Shown here in pieces: positions 17,229 to 26,887 of a stretch of 64,000 nucleotides of DNA. The stretch comes from an uncultured Anaerolineaceae bacterium (GTDB lineage Bacteria > Chloroflexota > Anaerolineae > Anaerolineales > UBA4823). The position numbers were made by a program, and so were the translations under genes. The notes below the pieces were generated by a model, which saw only the letters and a program-made list of their open reading frames with translations, had not been told where the DNA came from and did no database searches. How positions within the stretch are numbered: the first letter of the stretch is position 1; every line of letters begins with the position of its first letter. The stretch covers positions 25,869 to 89,868 of the forward strand of contig CAYGZL010000151.1 of assembly GCA_964354345.1 (NCBI GenBank), read 5' to 3'.

Positions 17229-18911
17229 TCAGGGGCTTCTTCGGCGCCCGTTTATCCAAATCCAAATTATACATAATCCTGCACCAACGAATAATATAAT
17301 TGCTAAAATTAATTGACCAGCCAGGTAGAGCTGGATTCCACCCATCAAAAAGCCAACGAAAAGCAGGCTGCCGGCGACCTGGCGTACCGCGCCTTCCAGG
17401 CGGCTAATCTGGCGGGAGATCTCTGGGGTGCGCACAGCCACTTCGCCGCGCTCCATTCGGCTGAGCATACTGTCCATCTTGCGCGGTATACTCAGAATTG
17501 CGCGCGCCAGATCACCTACCTCGTGTAGCCAAAGCGTCACACCAGTCCCACTCGCTTCTTCAGCGATTAGCTTCTGAGCATAGGGCGCCAGGTGATCCCA
17601 AACATTAAAATTTGGATCCAGACCAGTGCACATACCCGACAAGATACTCACTGCACGCCCCAGGAAAATTAAATCCTGGGGAATCTGGAAGGGCAACGTA
17701 TAGAGTAAATCACGGAATTCTGCCACGAATTCCATGATTTCATCCATGTTTATCTTCGTTAATTCAGATAATGATTTCCCCCAGAAACGCTCGAACAACA
17801 GGGCTCCAGCCCGCTCGATCTGTTCTAAATCGGCTCCCGGTAACAATATACCCATAGTCTGATAGGCCTTAACCACTCGGGAGGCATTTTGGGTGCCGAC
17901 GCCTACCAGCAGCTCACGCAACGCCAGGCGAAGATTATCCGGTACCCGACCTACCATGCCGAAATCAATAAAAGTAAGCCGCCAGGTTGTTTTGCTCTCA
18001 TTCGTGGGAACGGATTGCCCATCGGGTGTGGTTGAGATTTTGCAAGGACTGATAAAGAGGTTGCCGGGATGGGGGTCAGCGTGAAAGAAGCCATCCTCAA
18101 ATATTTGCTTCAGGTAGGTATCCAGCAAACGACCGGCAACTTCGGTCCGATCAATGCCAGCCGCGGTGATTGCAGCATAATCAGTGATCTTAATTGCCCA
18201 AACATTTTCTAGAGTCAGCGCTCGCTGGGTGGTATGCGTCCAATACACCTTTGGAACGCGCACCCCCGGATTATCCTTGAACTTTTCGGCGAAGGTTTCA
18301 GCATTCCGACCTTCTGCCAGGTAATCAATTTCTTCATAGAGTGTACGGCTGAATTCTTTTAACAATGCTGGCACATCAGCCCGGCGACTGATCGGACGAT
18401 AGCGCATTAACCAACCGCCCACGGTTTTTAAAGCTGAGAGATCAGTGGCTATGATTTTCTCGATATCCGGTCGTTGGATTTTTACTACCACCTCTTCATC
18501 CCCAATACGCGCCCGATGTACCTGGCCCAACGATGCCGCACCCAGTGGAGTGGGATTGAAAGAGCTAAATTTCTCTGAAAGCGGGATACCATATTCCGCT
18601 TCAGCTACCTTTTGAATGGCAGCAAAGTTTTCAGCAGGAACTTCATCTTGTAAATCGGCCAGGACGGAGGTAAATTCAGGCGGTAAGACATCCACCCGTG
18701 TTGAAAGGAACTGACCCACCTTGATCATCACACCACCCATTTGGATTGCCAATGCGCGGAAGGCAACTGCATAGTGGTGCAGACGTTTGGGACGGGTGCG
18801 GTTAATCCACCGGCGTAAACCAAGCCGTACCAGGAGGATGTCCCAGAAAGTAATATTTAACACCAGACGTGCAAAAAATAGGACGATACGCCGGTAACGG
18901 GCACGATACAT
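17229..18911 (-). CDS. ABC1/UbiB-family atypical protein kinase with C-terminal TM segments
   Basis: 560 aa. Contains AASLGQVHRA, IQRPDIEKII and HADPHPGNLF. Confidence 0.85.
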   Translation of the reverse strand: MYRARYRRIVLFFARLVLNITFWDILLVRLGLRRWINRTRPKRLHHYAVAFRALAIQMGGVMIKVGQFLSTRVDVLPPEFTSVLADLQDEVPAENFAAIQKVAEAEYGIPLSEKFSSFNPTPLGAASLGQVHRARIGDEEVVVKIQRPDIEKIIATDLSALKTVGGWLMRYRPISRRADVPALLKEFSRTLYEEIDYLAEGRNAETFAEKFKDNPGVRVPKVYWTHTTQRALTLENVWAIKITDYAAITAAGIDRTEVAGRLLDTYLKQIFEDGFFHADPHPGNLFISPCKISTTPDGQSVPTNESKTTWRLTFIDFGMVGRVPDNLRLALRELLVGVGTQNASRVVKAYQTMGILLPGADLEQIERAGALLFERFWGKSLSELTKINMDEIMEFVAEFRDLLYTLPFQIPQDLIFLGRAVSILSGMCTGLDPNFNVWDHLAPYAQKLIAEEASGTGVTLWLHEVGDLARAILSIPRKMDSMLSRMERGEVAVRTPEISRQISRLEGAVRQVAGSLLFVGFLMGGIQLYLAGQLILAIILFVGAGLCIIWIWINGRRRSP

Positions 18912-18934
18912 GGTAAAGGAATTATACCCTGATT

Positions 18935-19678
18935 ATGGATACATCCATTTTCAGGCCAGTTATGGTATCCTTGTCTATTGTGTCGCCACAGCCTCTTGAT
19001 TTCTCTGTCCTTTATGCCAGTTTTCAAGCACCGGTCGCCTCAATAAATTGTGGAGAGCGTTGCTCTCCTTATAATGAGCAGGATTCACCTTTTTGCTGTG
19101 ATACGCGCCATGCGGTTCCCACTGCTTATCAAGTGGAATGGGAATTCTTACAAGCCCACACGGATTTATGGCATCTGTGGAAACCTGAGAGTGTTTCCGA
19201 ATGGGAAAACCTGCATCAGCGCACACCCTCCGGGCATGTTTTAATTGAGTGCCAGGGTCATCGGTTTTGCCAACGCAATTTCCGTTCGATCACCTGCCGG
19301 GCTTTTCCATTTTTCCCTTACCTGACCCGCCTGGGTGAATTTATTGGTCTGTCTTATTACTGGGAATATCAAGAATATTGTTGGATTATCAGCAATCTGG
19401 CGCTCGTTTCCGATGAATACCGGCAGGAGTTCATCACCTGTTTTGAATATCTATTTGCGCAAATGCCTGCCGAAAAAGACAATTTCCGGTATCATTCTGA
19501 GGTCGTAAGGCGAATATTTGGTCGTTGGCACCGGGCAATTCCTTTGCTTCATCGGAATGGCCATGTGTATAAAATTACCCCGCGTAATGGAAGGCTGCGG
19601 AGGATTGAGGATGGAAAATTACCCATGTTTGGTTCTTACCGTGTGGCTGCAGATCTGAAGTTTCCGGATGAATTATGA
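18935..19678 (+). CDS. Cysteine-cluster protein, YkgJ/UPF0153-like (putative Zn/Fe-chelating domain)
   Basis: 247 aa. [17 protein letters not shown] and [24 protein letters not shown] resemble the CxxCxxCC ... C..RP..CR.FP pattern of that family (from memory). Its stop overlaps the next start (ATGA). Confidence 0.45.
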   Translation: MDTSIFRPVMVSLSIVSPQPLDFSVLYASFQAPVASINCGERCSPYNEQDSPFCCDTRHAVPTAYQVEWEFLQAHTDLWHLWKPESVSEWENLHQRTPSGHVLIECQGHRFCQRNFRSITCRAFPFFPYLTRLGEFIGLSYYWEYQEYCWIISNLALVSDEYRQEFITCFEYLFAQMPAEKDNFRYHSEVVRRIFGRWHRAIPLLHRNGHVYKITPRNGRLRRIEDGKLPMFGSYRVAADLKFPDEL

Positions 19679-21435
19679 CATCCGTCTCGACTGAATTTAG
19701 CCTTCCACAACATTTACGGACCAATCGACGTGGTCCAGTCCGTTGGATTATCTCTCATGCTATCCATCATTGGTGGTTAGTGTTGGTCATGGTAATCGGC
19801 GCCAGTGTAAATGCCGGATTGGCAGCAGCGGTACCGATCCTGGTTGGGCAGGCGTTTAATGTGATTAATTCCAGTGGTTGGGATGGTCCAGCGTTATTAC
19901 GCCTGGCTTTATTATTAGGTGGATCTCAGCTATTGCGGGGTTTGTTTCAATTTAGCCGGAACTTTGGCGCTGAGTTGATGGGTCAGCGCCTGGAGCGTGA
20001 CATCCGCGCCGAGTTATACGTCAGTCTGTTGGGGAAGAGCATGACCTTCCATAGTCTTCAGGCTGTGGGAGATACGATGGCGCGCGCCACGAATGACGTG
20101 CGTGAGATCAACTTTATGTTCAGCCCGGGTTTGAACCTGGTATTAGGTTCCGCCATTTTTATGATTATGCCCGTTGTGGTGGCGCCGGGCTACCATCCCG
20201 CGTTAATTCTAACACCAGCCCTGTTCATTATTGGCTACTTCCTCGCCTTGTGGCAATATCTGCATGAGTTGAACCCGATCACAACTGATGTGCGTCAGGC
20301 GTTTGGTAAGCTAAATACCCGCCTTGCAGAAGCTATTGATGGGATTGAAATCGTTAAGGGTATGGCGCAGGAGAGCAACGAGGTAGCGCTCTTTGGACAA
20401 AACGCCCGGCGTTTCCGGGATGCTGTAATTCACCAGGGCGATGTTGAGGCGCGGTTTATCCCCTTCCTGCTATTAGGATTTGCTGAAGCGGGGGCATTGT
20501 TGCACTCTCTCTTGTTATTCCAGCATGGGCTGCTTGATATTGGACAGGTAGTCGCTTATTTCGGTCTGATCCAGCTCTTCGGATTTCCGGCATTTACTTC
20601 TCTGTTTGCTTATTCACAGGTATCTCTGGGAATAGCCAGCGCGCGCCGTATCCTGGATCTGATCACCCGGGAGAACAATCTGGACCAGAACATCCAGGGA
20701 TTTACCGGCCCGATGCGGGGTGAAGTGGAATTTCGTAATGTCACCTTCAGCTACGGTGAACATGAACCGGTTTTGGCAGGGGTCTCGTTCAAGGTAAAAC
20801 CAGGTCAGACAGTGGCGATTGTCGGTCAAACCGGGGCAGGTAAAACATCGTTGGTGAAATTAATCAATCGCACCTACGATGTCTCGGATGGACAGGTATT
20901 GGTGGACGGCGTTGATGTGCGCGATTGGAATCTGGAAGCCCTTCGCCGTCGAATTTCAATAATTGAGCAGGATATATTCCTCTTTTCCCGGACCATTTCA
21001 GAGAATATCGCTTTCGGTGATCCGCAAGCGAGTCCGGAAGCAATTGAAAGAGTGGCTCAGGCAGCTCAGGCGCAGGAGTTTATTACCTCTTTCCAGGATG
21101 GTTACCAGACGGTTGTCGGCGAACGCGGTGTGACTCTATCCGGTGGGCAACGTCAACGGTTGGCCCTGGCGCGCGCTTTCTTGACCGATCCAAACATCCT
21201 GGTCCTGGATGATTCGACCAGCGCGATTGATAGCGCTACCGAAGATATGATCCAACGGGCGATTTACGCCGCAGCGCGTGGTCGGACAACCTTTATCATC
21301 ACTCATCGTCTTTCGCAAATTCGCTGGGCGGATCTCATCCTGGTGTTACGGCAGGGACAGTTGGTTGCGGTTGGCACTCATGAGGAATTGATGCAATCCT
21401 CAGATGCCTACCGGCAAATATTTAGTGAAAGATAA
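19675..21435 (+). CDS. ABC exporter half-transporter (TMD-NBD), degenerate-site partner A
   Basis: 586 aa. Walker [10 protein letters not shown], signature LSGGQ, Walker B ILVLDDS (Asp in place of the catalytic Glu), H-loop ITHRL. Confidence 0.9.
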   Translation: MTSVSTEFSLPQHLRTNRRGPVRWIISHAIHHWWLVLVMVIGASVNAGLAAAVPILVGQAFNVINSSGWDGPALLRLALLLGGSQLLRGLFQFSRNFGAELMGQRLERDIRAELYVSLLGKSMTFHSLQAVGDTMARATNDVREINFMFSPGLNLVLGSAIFMIMPVVVAPGYHPALILTPALFIIGYFLALWQYLHELNPITTDVRQAFGKLNTRLAEAIDGIEIVKGMAQESNEVALFGQNARRFRDAVIHQGDVEARFIPFLLLGFAEAGALLHSLLLFQHGLLDIGQVVAYFGLIQLFGFPAFTSLFAYSQVSLGIASARRILDLITRENNLDQNIQGFTGPMRGEVEFRNVTFSYGEHEPVLAGVSFKVKPGQTVAIVGQTGAGKTSLVKLINRTYDVSDGQVLVDGVDVRDWNLEALRRRISIIEQDIFLFSRTISENIAFGDPQASPEAIERVAQAAQAQEFITSFQDGYQTVVGERGVTLSGGQRQRLALARAFLTDPNILVLDDSTSAIDSATEDMIQRAIYAAARGRTTFIITHRLSQIRWADLILVLRQGQLVAVGTHEELMQSSDAYRQIFSER

Positions 21436-21447
21436 TTCTCAGGTAAT

Positions 21448-23292
21448 TTGCTTATGGGCTTCTTTGCTGGATTAGCTAACGAAGGATACGATCGCCAATA
21501 TACTGATCGCCAGTTAGTGGCGCGCATGGTAGCTCATTTTCGCCCCTATGCCGGCATGCTATCGATAGTAATCTTGCTGTTAATCTTAACTGCGATTACC
21601 GGCGCGGCGATTCCACTCATTGTGTCTCGCGGGCTAGATCGAATCAAGGGAAATTTCGACCCGGCTTTAGTCGCTGGATTGGCAGGTATTATTTTCGCTT
21701 TAGATGTGACGAACTGGCTGACAAACTGGATCCGGCGTCGCCTGATTATACGTGTGGTCGGCAACACGATCCTTGATTTGCGCACTGAGGCTTTCCGGGC
21801 TACGGCGGAACATGACCTTTCCTTCTATGATGAATTCGCCTCTGGTAAGATCGTCTCGCGGATTACTTCGGATACTCAAGAGTTCGGTCAAATGGTGACC
21901 ATGGTGACTGATCTATTCGCGCAAATATTCCAGGCGATCATAATGGGTGTATTACTGGTCACAATAGAGTGGCGTTTATCGTTGGTTGTGTTTGGCTTTC
22001 TGCCTATTATTTTTCTGGTGGCAATCAGTTTTCGTAATCTGGCGCGGAAAGCCACCCGGGCTGGAATGCGGGCTATGGCCAATGTGAACTCAACGATTAA
22101 GGAGACGATTAGCGGGATCTCAATCGCGAAGAATTTCCGTCAGGAATCCGCGATCTATGGTGAATTTAATGAGGCCAATCTTCAATCCTACCGGGTAAAT
22201 GTGCGACGCGGCCTCGTCCTATCCATGGTTTTTCCGACGCTCGATGCCTTGGGAGGCGTGGCGACTGCGCTGCTGATTTATGCAGGTGGGTGGAGTACTG
22301 CGCAAGGCGCAGTTACCATTGGGGCATGGTTTTTCTTCCTGCAAAGTTTAAATCGTTTCTTTTTCCCGGTGCTCAATCTGTCAGCATTCTGGACGCAGGT
22401 TCAATCAGGATTGTCGGCCGCTGAACGAGTATTTGCTTTGATTGATGCAGAGGCGAATGTGATTCAAGTGGACCACCAACCGATGGTATCACTGAGGGGC
22501 GATATCCGCTTTGAACAATTAGAATTTCGTTATTCTGAGAAAGAACTGGTATTGGTTGATTTTAATTTGCACATCCAGGCCGGTGAGAATATCGCCCTGG
22601 TGGGCCACACCGGTGCAGGTAAATCCTCGATTGCGAAATTAATCGCTCGGTTTTACGAGTTCCAGAAAGGTGTAATTCTGATCGATGGGCGTGATATCCG
22701 TTCGCTTGACTTGTACACCTATCGCCAGCAGCTAGGCATTATCTCCCAAACGCCATTCTTGTTTTCAGGGACGGTCGCCGATAATATTTGTTATGCCTGC
22801 CCCTCAAGCACCGCGCGGGCGGAGATGGAAACCTTAGCGATGCAGATTGGCAATGGAGAGTGGCTTGAGACTCTACCTGATGGTTTAGATACGGAGGTGG
22901 GTGAGCGCGGTGTCCGCCTGTCGATGGGTCAACGCCAATTAGTTGCCTTGCTGCGGGTTCTGGTCCAACATCCGTCGATTTTCATCCTGGACGAAGCCAC
23001 AGCCAGTATTGATCCTTTCACTGAAGTGCAAATCCAACAAGCTTTAAAGCTGATCCTCTCTTGTACAACCAGCATTTTGATTGCTCATCGCCTCTCGACG
23101 GTAAAAGCTGTCGACCGGATTATTGTATTAGAAAAAGGGAGGATTATTGAGCAGGGCAATCATGATGGTTTGTTAGCACGGGGTGGGCACTATGCCACGC
23201 TATATAATACCTATTTCAGGCACCAGTCGCTCGATTACCGGCCTGAAGGTTTGGAAGAATATCTGGCGGAGAAGAAAACATATCTAGTGTGA
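21448..23292 (+). CDS. ABC exporter half-transporter (TMD-NBD), partner B
   Basis: 614 aa. Walker A GHTGAGKSS, non-canonical signature LSMGQ, canonical Walker B IFILDEAT, H-loop IAHRL. Confidence 0.9.
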   Translation: MLMGFFAGLANEGYDRQYTDRQLVARMVAHFRPYAGMLSIVILLLILTAITGAAIPLIVSRGLDRIKGNFDPALVAGLAGIIFALDVTNWLTNWIRRRLIIRVVGNTILDLRTEAFRATAEHDLSFYDEFASGKIVSRITSDTQEFGQMVTMVTDLFAQIFQAIIMGVLLVTIEWRLSLVVFGFLPIIFLVAISFRNLARKATRAGMRAMANVNSTIKETISGISIAKNFRQESAIYGEFNEANLQSYRVNVRRGLVLSMVFPTLDALGGVATALLIYAGGWSTAQGAVTIGAWFFFLQSLNRFFFPVLNLSAFWTQVQSGLSAAERVFALIDAEANVIQVDHQPMVSLRGDIRFEQLEFRYSEKELVLVDFNLHIQAGENIALVGHTGAGKSSIAKLIARFYEFQKGVILIDGRDIRSLDLYTYRQQLGIISQTPFLFSGTVADNICYACPSSTARAEMETLAMQIGNGEWLETLPDGLDTEVGERGVRLSMGQRQLVALLRVLVQHPSIFILDEATASIDPFTEVQIQQALKLILSCTTSILIAHRLSTVKAVDRIIVLEKGRIIEQGNHDGLLARGGHYATLYNTYFRHQSLDYRPEGLEEYLAEKKTYLV

Positions 23293-23319
23293 TAGTTTAG
23301 GATCTCAGTTCATTCACGA

Positions 23320-24543
23320 TTGAGGTCAAATTTGATAGAGCAGGAATTTTCAACCACATTACGACCAGGTTCACCCGATTTCCATGATTTACCCTGGCAC
23401 CATCCGATAGAGACCTGGGTGGATCACTGTAACCGGCTGGAGGAATTACCGCGTGGACCATCGCGTCATCCGGTGGTATTTATCAATTACTCCGGTGCCC
23501 TTTATGCCGTAAAAGAGTTACCCGCTGGTTTGGCGCATAAAGAATATGACCTCTTGTGCCGGATGGAAGAGGCCAGATTACCTGTTGTTACGCCCGTCGG
23601 CTATGTACAATTTCAGCGTCCAACTGGCGTTGCTGGCGCATTAATAACGCGCTACCTGGAATGTTCATTACCCTACCGGCATATATTTATGAGCAGCAGC
23701 CTGATGCGTTACCGTGAACACTTGCTGGATGCGATGGCTGGATTGTTGGTGCAATTACACCTGGCTGATGTTTATTGGGGCGACTGCTCTTTGGCGAATA
23801 CTCTCTTCCGCCGTGACGCTGGCGCGTTACGGGCTTATCTGGTTGATGCTGAGACAGCTGCTTTATACCCACAGAATTTTCCTACTGCGATGCGCGTTCA
23901 CGAGTTAGAAATAATGGAAGAGAATATCGAAGGGGATGTGGCCGATCTACGCCTGGCGCATGAGTTGGCACAGGGTATACCGATTATTGACACAGGTATT
24001 TATATTCGCCAGCGATACCGGCAACTTTGGAATGAAATTACCCGTGAGGACATCATCAATCCAGGGGAAAATTTCCGGATCCAGGAACGGATCCGCGCCC
24101 TGAATGAGTTAGGCTTTTCGGTAGGAGAGGTTGAACTGGCTGATACCCGAGGTGGGAATCAGCTTCGCTTCCGGGTAGTGGTTACTGACCGGAATTTCCA
24201 CCATCATCAGCTTCAGGGTATGACCGGTATCGACGCTGAAGAGCAGCAGGCGCGCCAGATCATGAATGAAATCCAACAGTTAAAGGCGACTTTGTCCCGC
24301 AGCAGTAATCGCAGCGTGTCTCTCAGTGCAGCAGCTTACCATTGGCTGGAAAATTATTACCAACCCACCATGCGGCGCCTGGAAACTTTGATCGGAAAGC
24401 AAGGTACTGCGCCAGAAATCTACTGCCAGGTTTTGGAACACAAATGGTTTTTATCTGAAAAGGTGCAACGGGATGTTGGTCATTCCCATGCCACCGAGGA
24501 TTACCAGCAGCAGTTCGGGAGTTACTCCGGAAGTGAGTTTTGA
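23320..24543 (+). CDS. Kinase-fold (Kdo/WaaP/RIO-like) protein with DUF4032-like C-terminal domain
   Basis: 407 aa, TTG start. LHLADVYWGDCSLANTLF...AYLVDAETA resembles a kinase catalytic loop / DFG-equivalent region. The C-terminal YCQVLEHKWFLSEKVQRDVG resembles DUF4032 (from memory). Confidence 0.55.
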   Translation: MRSNLIEQEFSTTLRPGSPDFHDLPWHHPIETWVDHCNRLEELPRGPSRHPVVFINYSGALYAVKELPAGLAHKEYDLLCRMEEARLPVVTPVGYVQFQRPTGVAGALITRYLECSLPYRHIFMSSSLMRYREHLLDAMAGLLVQLHLADVYWGDCSLANTLFRRDAGALRAYLVDAETAALYPQNFPTAMRVHELEIMEENIEGDVADLRLAHELAQGIPIIDTGIYIRQRYRQLWNEITREDIINPGENFRIQERIRALNELGFSVGEVELADTRGGNQLRFRVVVTDRNFHHHQLQGMTGIDAEEQQARQIMNEIQQLKATLSRSSNRSVSLSAAAYHWLENYYQPTMRRLETLIGKQGTAPEIYCQVLEHKWFLSEKVQRDVGHSHATEDYQQQFGSYSGSEF

Positions 24544-24607
24544 TATAATAGAAATAGGAGTATAAATTCATCTCCGGTGTCAAATAAGTATTCGACCAGG
24601 TTCCCCC

Positions 24608-25756
24608 ATGAAAAAACAATTTCACCCGATTAATTGTATTGTACCTCCTTACATGTTGCGCTCGATCGCTGAGCGGGGTAGCGAGGCGCAACGCCAGATT
24701 GCACTGCACACGATCCAGGTCACGGGTCAGTTCCAGGGACAAAGAGTGGCACTTAAAGGTCTGCCGGAGGCTACTGCAGCTCTCCGAACAGAGAACAAAC
24801 AGCGCAATGTATACACCTCGGATACTGGCACTTCCTTACCTGGTCGTCTGGTGCGTAAGGAAGGCGATCCACCAACAGGGGACCTTGCCGTAGACGAGGC
24901 ATACGAAGGTGCGGGAGATACCTTTGATTTATACTGGGATGTCTACGATCGAAATTCGATTGATGATCAAGGCATACGGATCGATTCGACGGTCCATTAT
25001 CAAAAGGGTTATGACAACGCCTTCTGGAATGGATTCCAGATGGTGTATGGGGATGGCGATGAGGATTTACCCCCTGCAGAGCGGTTGTTTAATCGCTTTA
25101 CGATCGCTGTTGATGTGATCGGCCATGAGCTTACGCATGGAGTGACTCAGTTTGAAGCCAATCTCACCTATTGGGACCAATCGGGCGCTTTAAACGAATC
25201 ATTATCCGATGTATTCGGCGCGCTGGTCAAACAGCGCAAGCTGGGGCAGGAGGCTCGCGACGCAGATTGGATTATCGGGCGGGGTCTATTTACTCCCAAT
25301 GTCAAGGGGGTGGGCATTCGTTCAATGAAAGAGCCTGGAACTGCTTATGATGATCCAGTGCTGGGGAAAGATCCTCAACCCGGTCATATGAAGGATTATG
25401 TTTCTACGGTGGAAGACAGCGGTGGTGTACACATCAATTCGGGTATCCCCAACCGGGCTTTTTACCTGGCAGCTTATGAGATAGGCGGTTTCGCCTGGGA
25501 GAAGGCAGGTCAGGTATGGTATATCGCATTACGGGACAAGCTGCAGGCACGCGCGAATTTCCAGGATGCTGCTCAGGTGACTGCTCTGGTGGCGGGTGAG
25601 TTATTCGGCACAGGAAGCCTGGAGCAAGAGGCGGTTCGTAAAGGCTGGCTTGGTGTGGGCATCAACCCGGATAGTGGCAGTGGTTCAAATGGGAGTGAGG
25701 GAGGATTGGGGTGTATTAGCAGCTTGCTTCGATTATTAGGCTGGAAAACCAGCTAA
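24608..25756 (+). CDS. M4-family zinc metalloprotease, protealysin-like
   Basis: 382 aa with no signal peptide. Short propeptide with the IVPPYML motif. Zinc site VIGHELTHGV plus GALNESLSDVFG. GGVHINSGIPNRAF is also present. Confidence 0.85.
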   Translation: MKKQFHPINCIVPPYMLRSIAERGSEAQRQIALHTIQVTGQFQGQRVALKGLPEATAALRTENKQRNVYTSDTGTSLPGRLVRKEGDPPTGDLAVDEAYEGAGDTFDLYWDVYDRNSIDDQGIRIDSTVHYQKGYDNAFWNGFQMVYGDGDEDLPPAERLFNRFTIAVDVIGHELTHGVTQFEANLTYWDQSGALNESLSDVFGALVKQRKLGQEARDADWIIGRGLFTPNVKGVGIRSMKEPGTAYDDPVLGKDPQPGHMKDYVSTVEDSGGVHINSGIPNRAFYLAAYEIGGFAWEKAGQVWYIALRDKLQARANFQDAAQVTALVAGELFGTGSLEQEAVRKGWLGVGINPDSGSGSNGSEGGLGCISSLLRLLGWKTS

Positions 25757-25758
25757 GG

Positions 25759-26073
25759 ATGGGTCAGGTGCGCATCGAATTCGAGCGTTTCGGCGGTTTT
25801 ACAGGCATACGGCTGCAAGGCGCATTGAATTTAGATGAGTTAGCGCCCGAAGAGGACCGCGAGATCCAGGATTTGTTGGAAGCCAGTGGCTTCTTCGAGC
25901 TGCCCAGTCAGATCACACCTCAGGTTGGTATTCCCGATCAGTTTCATTACCGGGTTACCGTTTACTCGGCTGAGGATAGTCATACGATTGAGTTGAGTGA
26001 TGCAGTTGCCTCGGAATCCATGCGTTTGTTGCTTCAGAAATTAACTATCATAATTCGAGCCTCGAAAGCCTGA
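25759..26073 (+). CDS. Emfourin-like protein (candidate inhibitor of the adjacent M4 protease)
   Basis: 104 aa, starting 2 nt after the protease stop. The N-terminal VRIEFERFGGFTGIRL and the later PDQFHYRVTV fit my memory of the emfourin (M4in) family. Confidence 0.55.
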   Translation: MGQVRIEFERFGGFTGIRLQGALNLDELAPEEDREIQDLLEASGFFELPSQITPQVGIPDQFHYRVTVYSAEDSHTIELSDAVASESMRLLLQKLTIIIRASKA

Positions 26074-26080
26074 AGTAAAG

Positions 26081-26887
26081 ATGAAGGTTCTGCGGCTGTT
26101 ATGCTGGATTTATGTCTTCTGCCTGGCGCTCGGGTGTACTAAACCTTCTACATCCTCCTTACAGACTACACCCAGTGCGATCAGCACGCCAGGATCTGTG
26201 TTATCTGAAACAGTCGATCCTTACGCTTCTGCCCGCCAGGCGCTGGTTACCCAGAATATCGCGGGGAGTGGCATTCAGGATAAGCGTGTTCTGGGGGCGA
26301 TGCAGAAAGTGCCCCGTCATTTATTTGTCCCGGCTGAATTCTCCGGTCAAGCGTACGAGGATCATCCCCTACCGATAGGATTTGGGCAAACGATTTCACA
26401 GCCCTATGTAGTGGCATGGATGACGGAACTGCTCGGATTAGTAAGTGGTGATAAGGTTTTGGAGATTGGCACGGGTTCGGGTTACCAGGCGGCAATCCTG
26501 GCTGAACTTGGTGGTGTGGAGGTTTATTCCATCGAAATTGTTCCAGAACTGGCGGATCGCGCGGCCCAGACTCTAAGCAATTTAGGCTATCTAAACATTC
26601 ATCTCCGCCAAGGAGATGGCTACTATGGCTGGTCGGAATATGGTCCGTTTGATGCAATTATTGTAACCGCCGCTCCGGATCATCTACCTGCGCCACTCGT
26701 CGCACAACTGGCAGAGAATGGCAGGATTGTCATCCCTATTGGACCGACCGGCAGTGTTCAGACATTGTGGAAATTTGTCAAACAGGATGGTGAAATTCGC
26801 GCCTATAACCAGGGGGATGTGATCTTCGTGCCATTTATCGGGGAAGGGATAAAATCAACTCCTTCTGCGACGCAACCATTGCCATAA
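26081..26887 (+). CDS. pcm: Protein-L-isoaspartate O-methyltransferase with N-terminal lipoprotein-type signal
   Basis: 268 aa. Pcm motifs VPRHLFVP, GQTISQPYVVAWM and the SAM motif VLEIGTGSGYQAAILA. The N-terminus MKVLRLLCWIYVFCLALGC has a lipobox-like ALGC. Confidence 0.85.
   Translation: MKVLRLLCWIYVFCLALGCTKPSTSSLQTTPSAISTPGSVLSETVDPYASARQALVTQNIAGSGIQDKRVLGAMQKVPRHLFVPAEFSGQAYEDHPLPIGFGQTISQPYVVAWMTELLGLVSGDKVLEIGTGSGYQAAILAELGGVEVYSIEIVPELADRAAQTLSNLGYLNIHLRQGDGYYGWSEYGPFDAIIVTAAPDHLPAPLVAQLAENGRIVIPIGPTGSVQTLWKFVKQDGEIRAYNQGDVIFVPFIGEGIKSTPSATQPLP

Noticed and set aside
24323-24742. A 139-aa minus-strand ORF spanning the DUF4032-protease junction.
   Set aside because: It overlaps two well-supported plus-strand genes and their intergenic region. 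It has no motif and a biased composition, so it is probably spurious.
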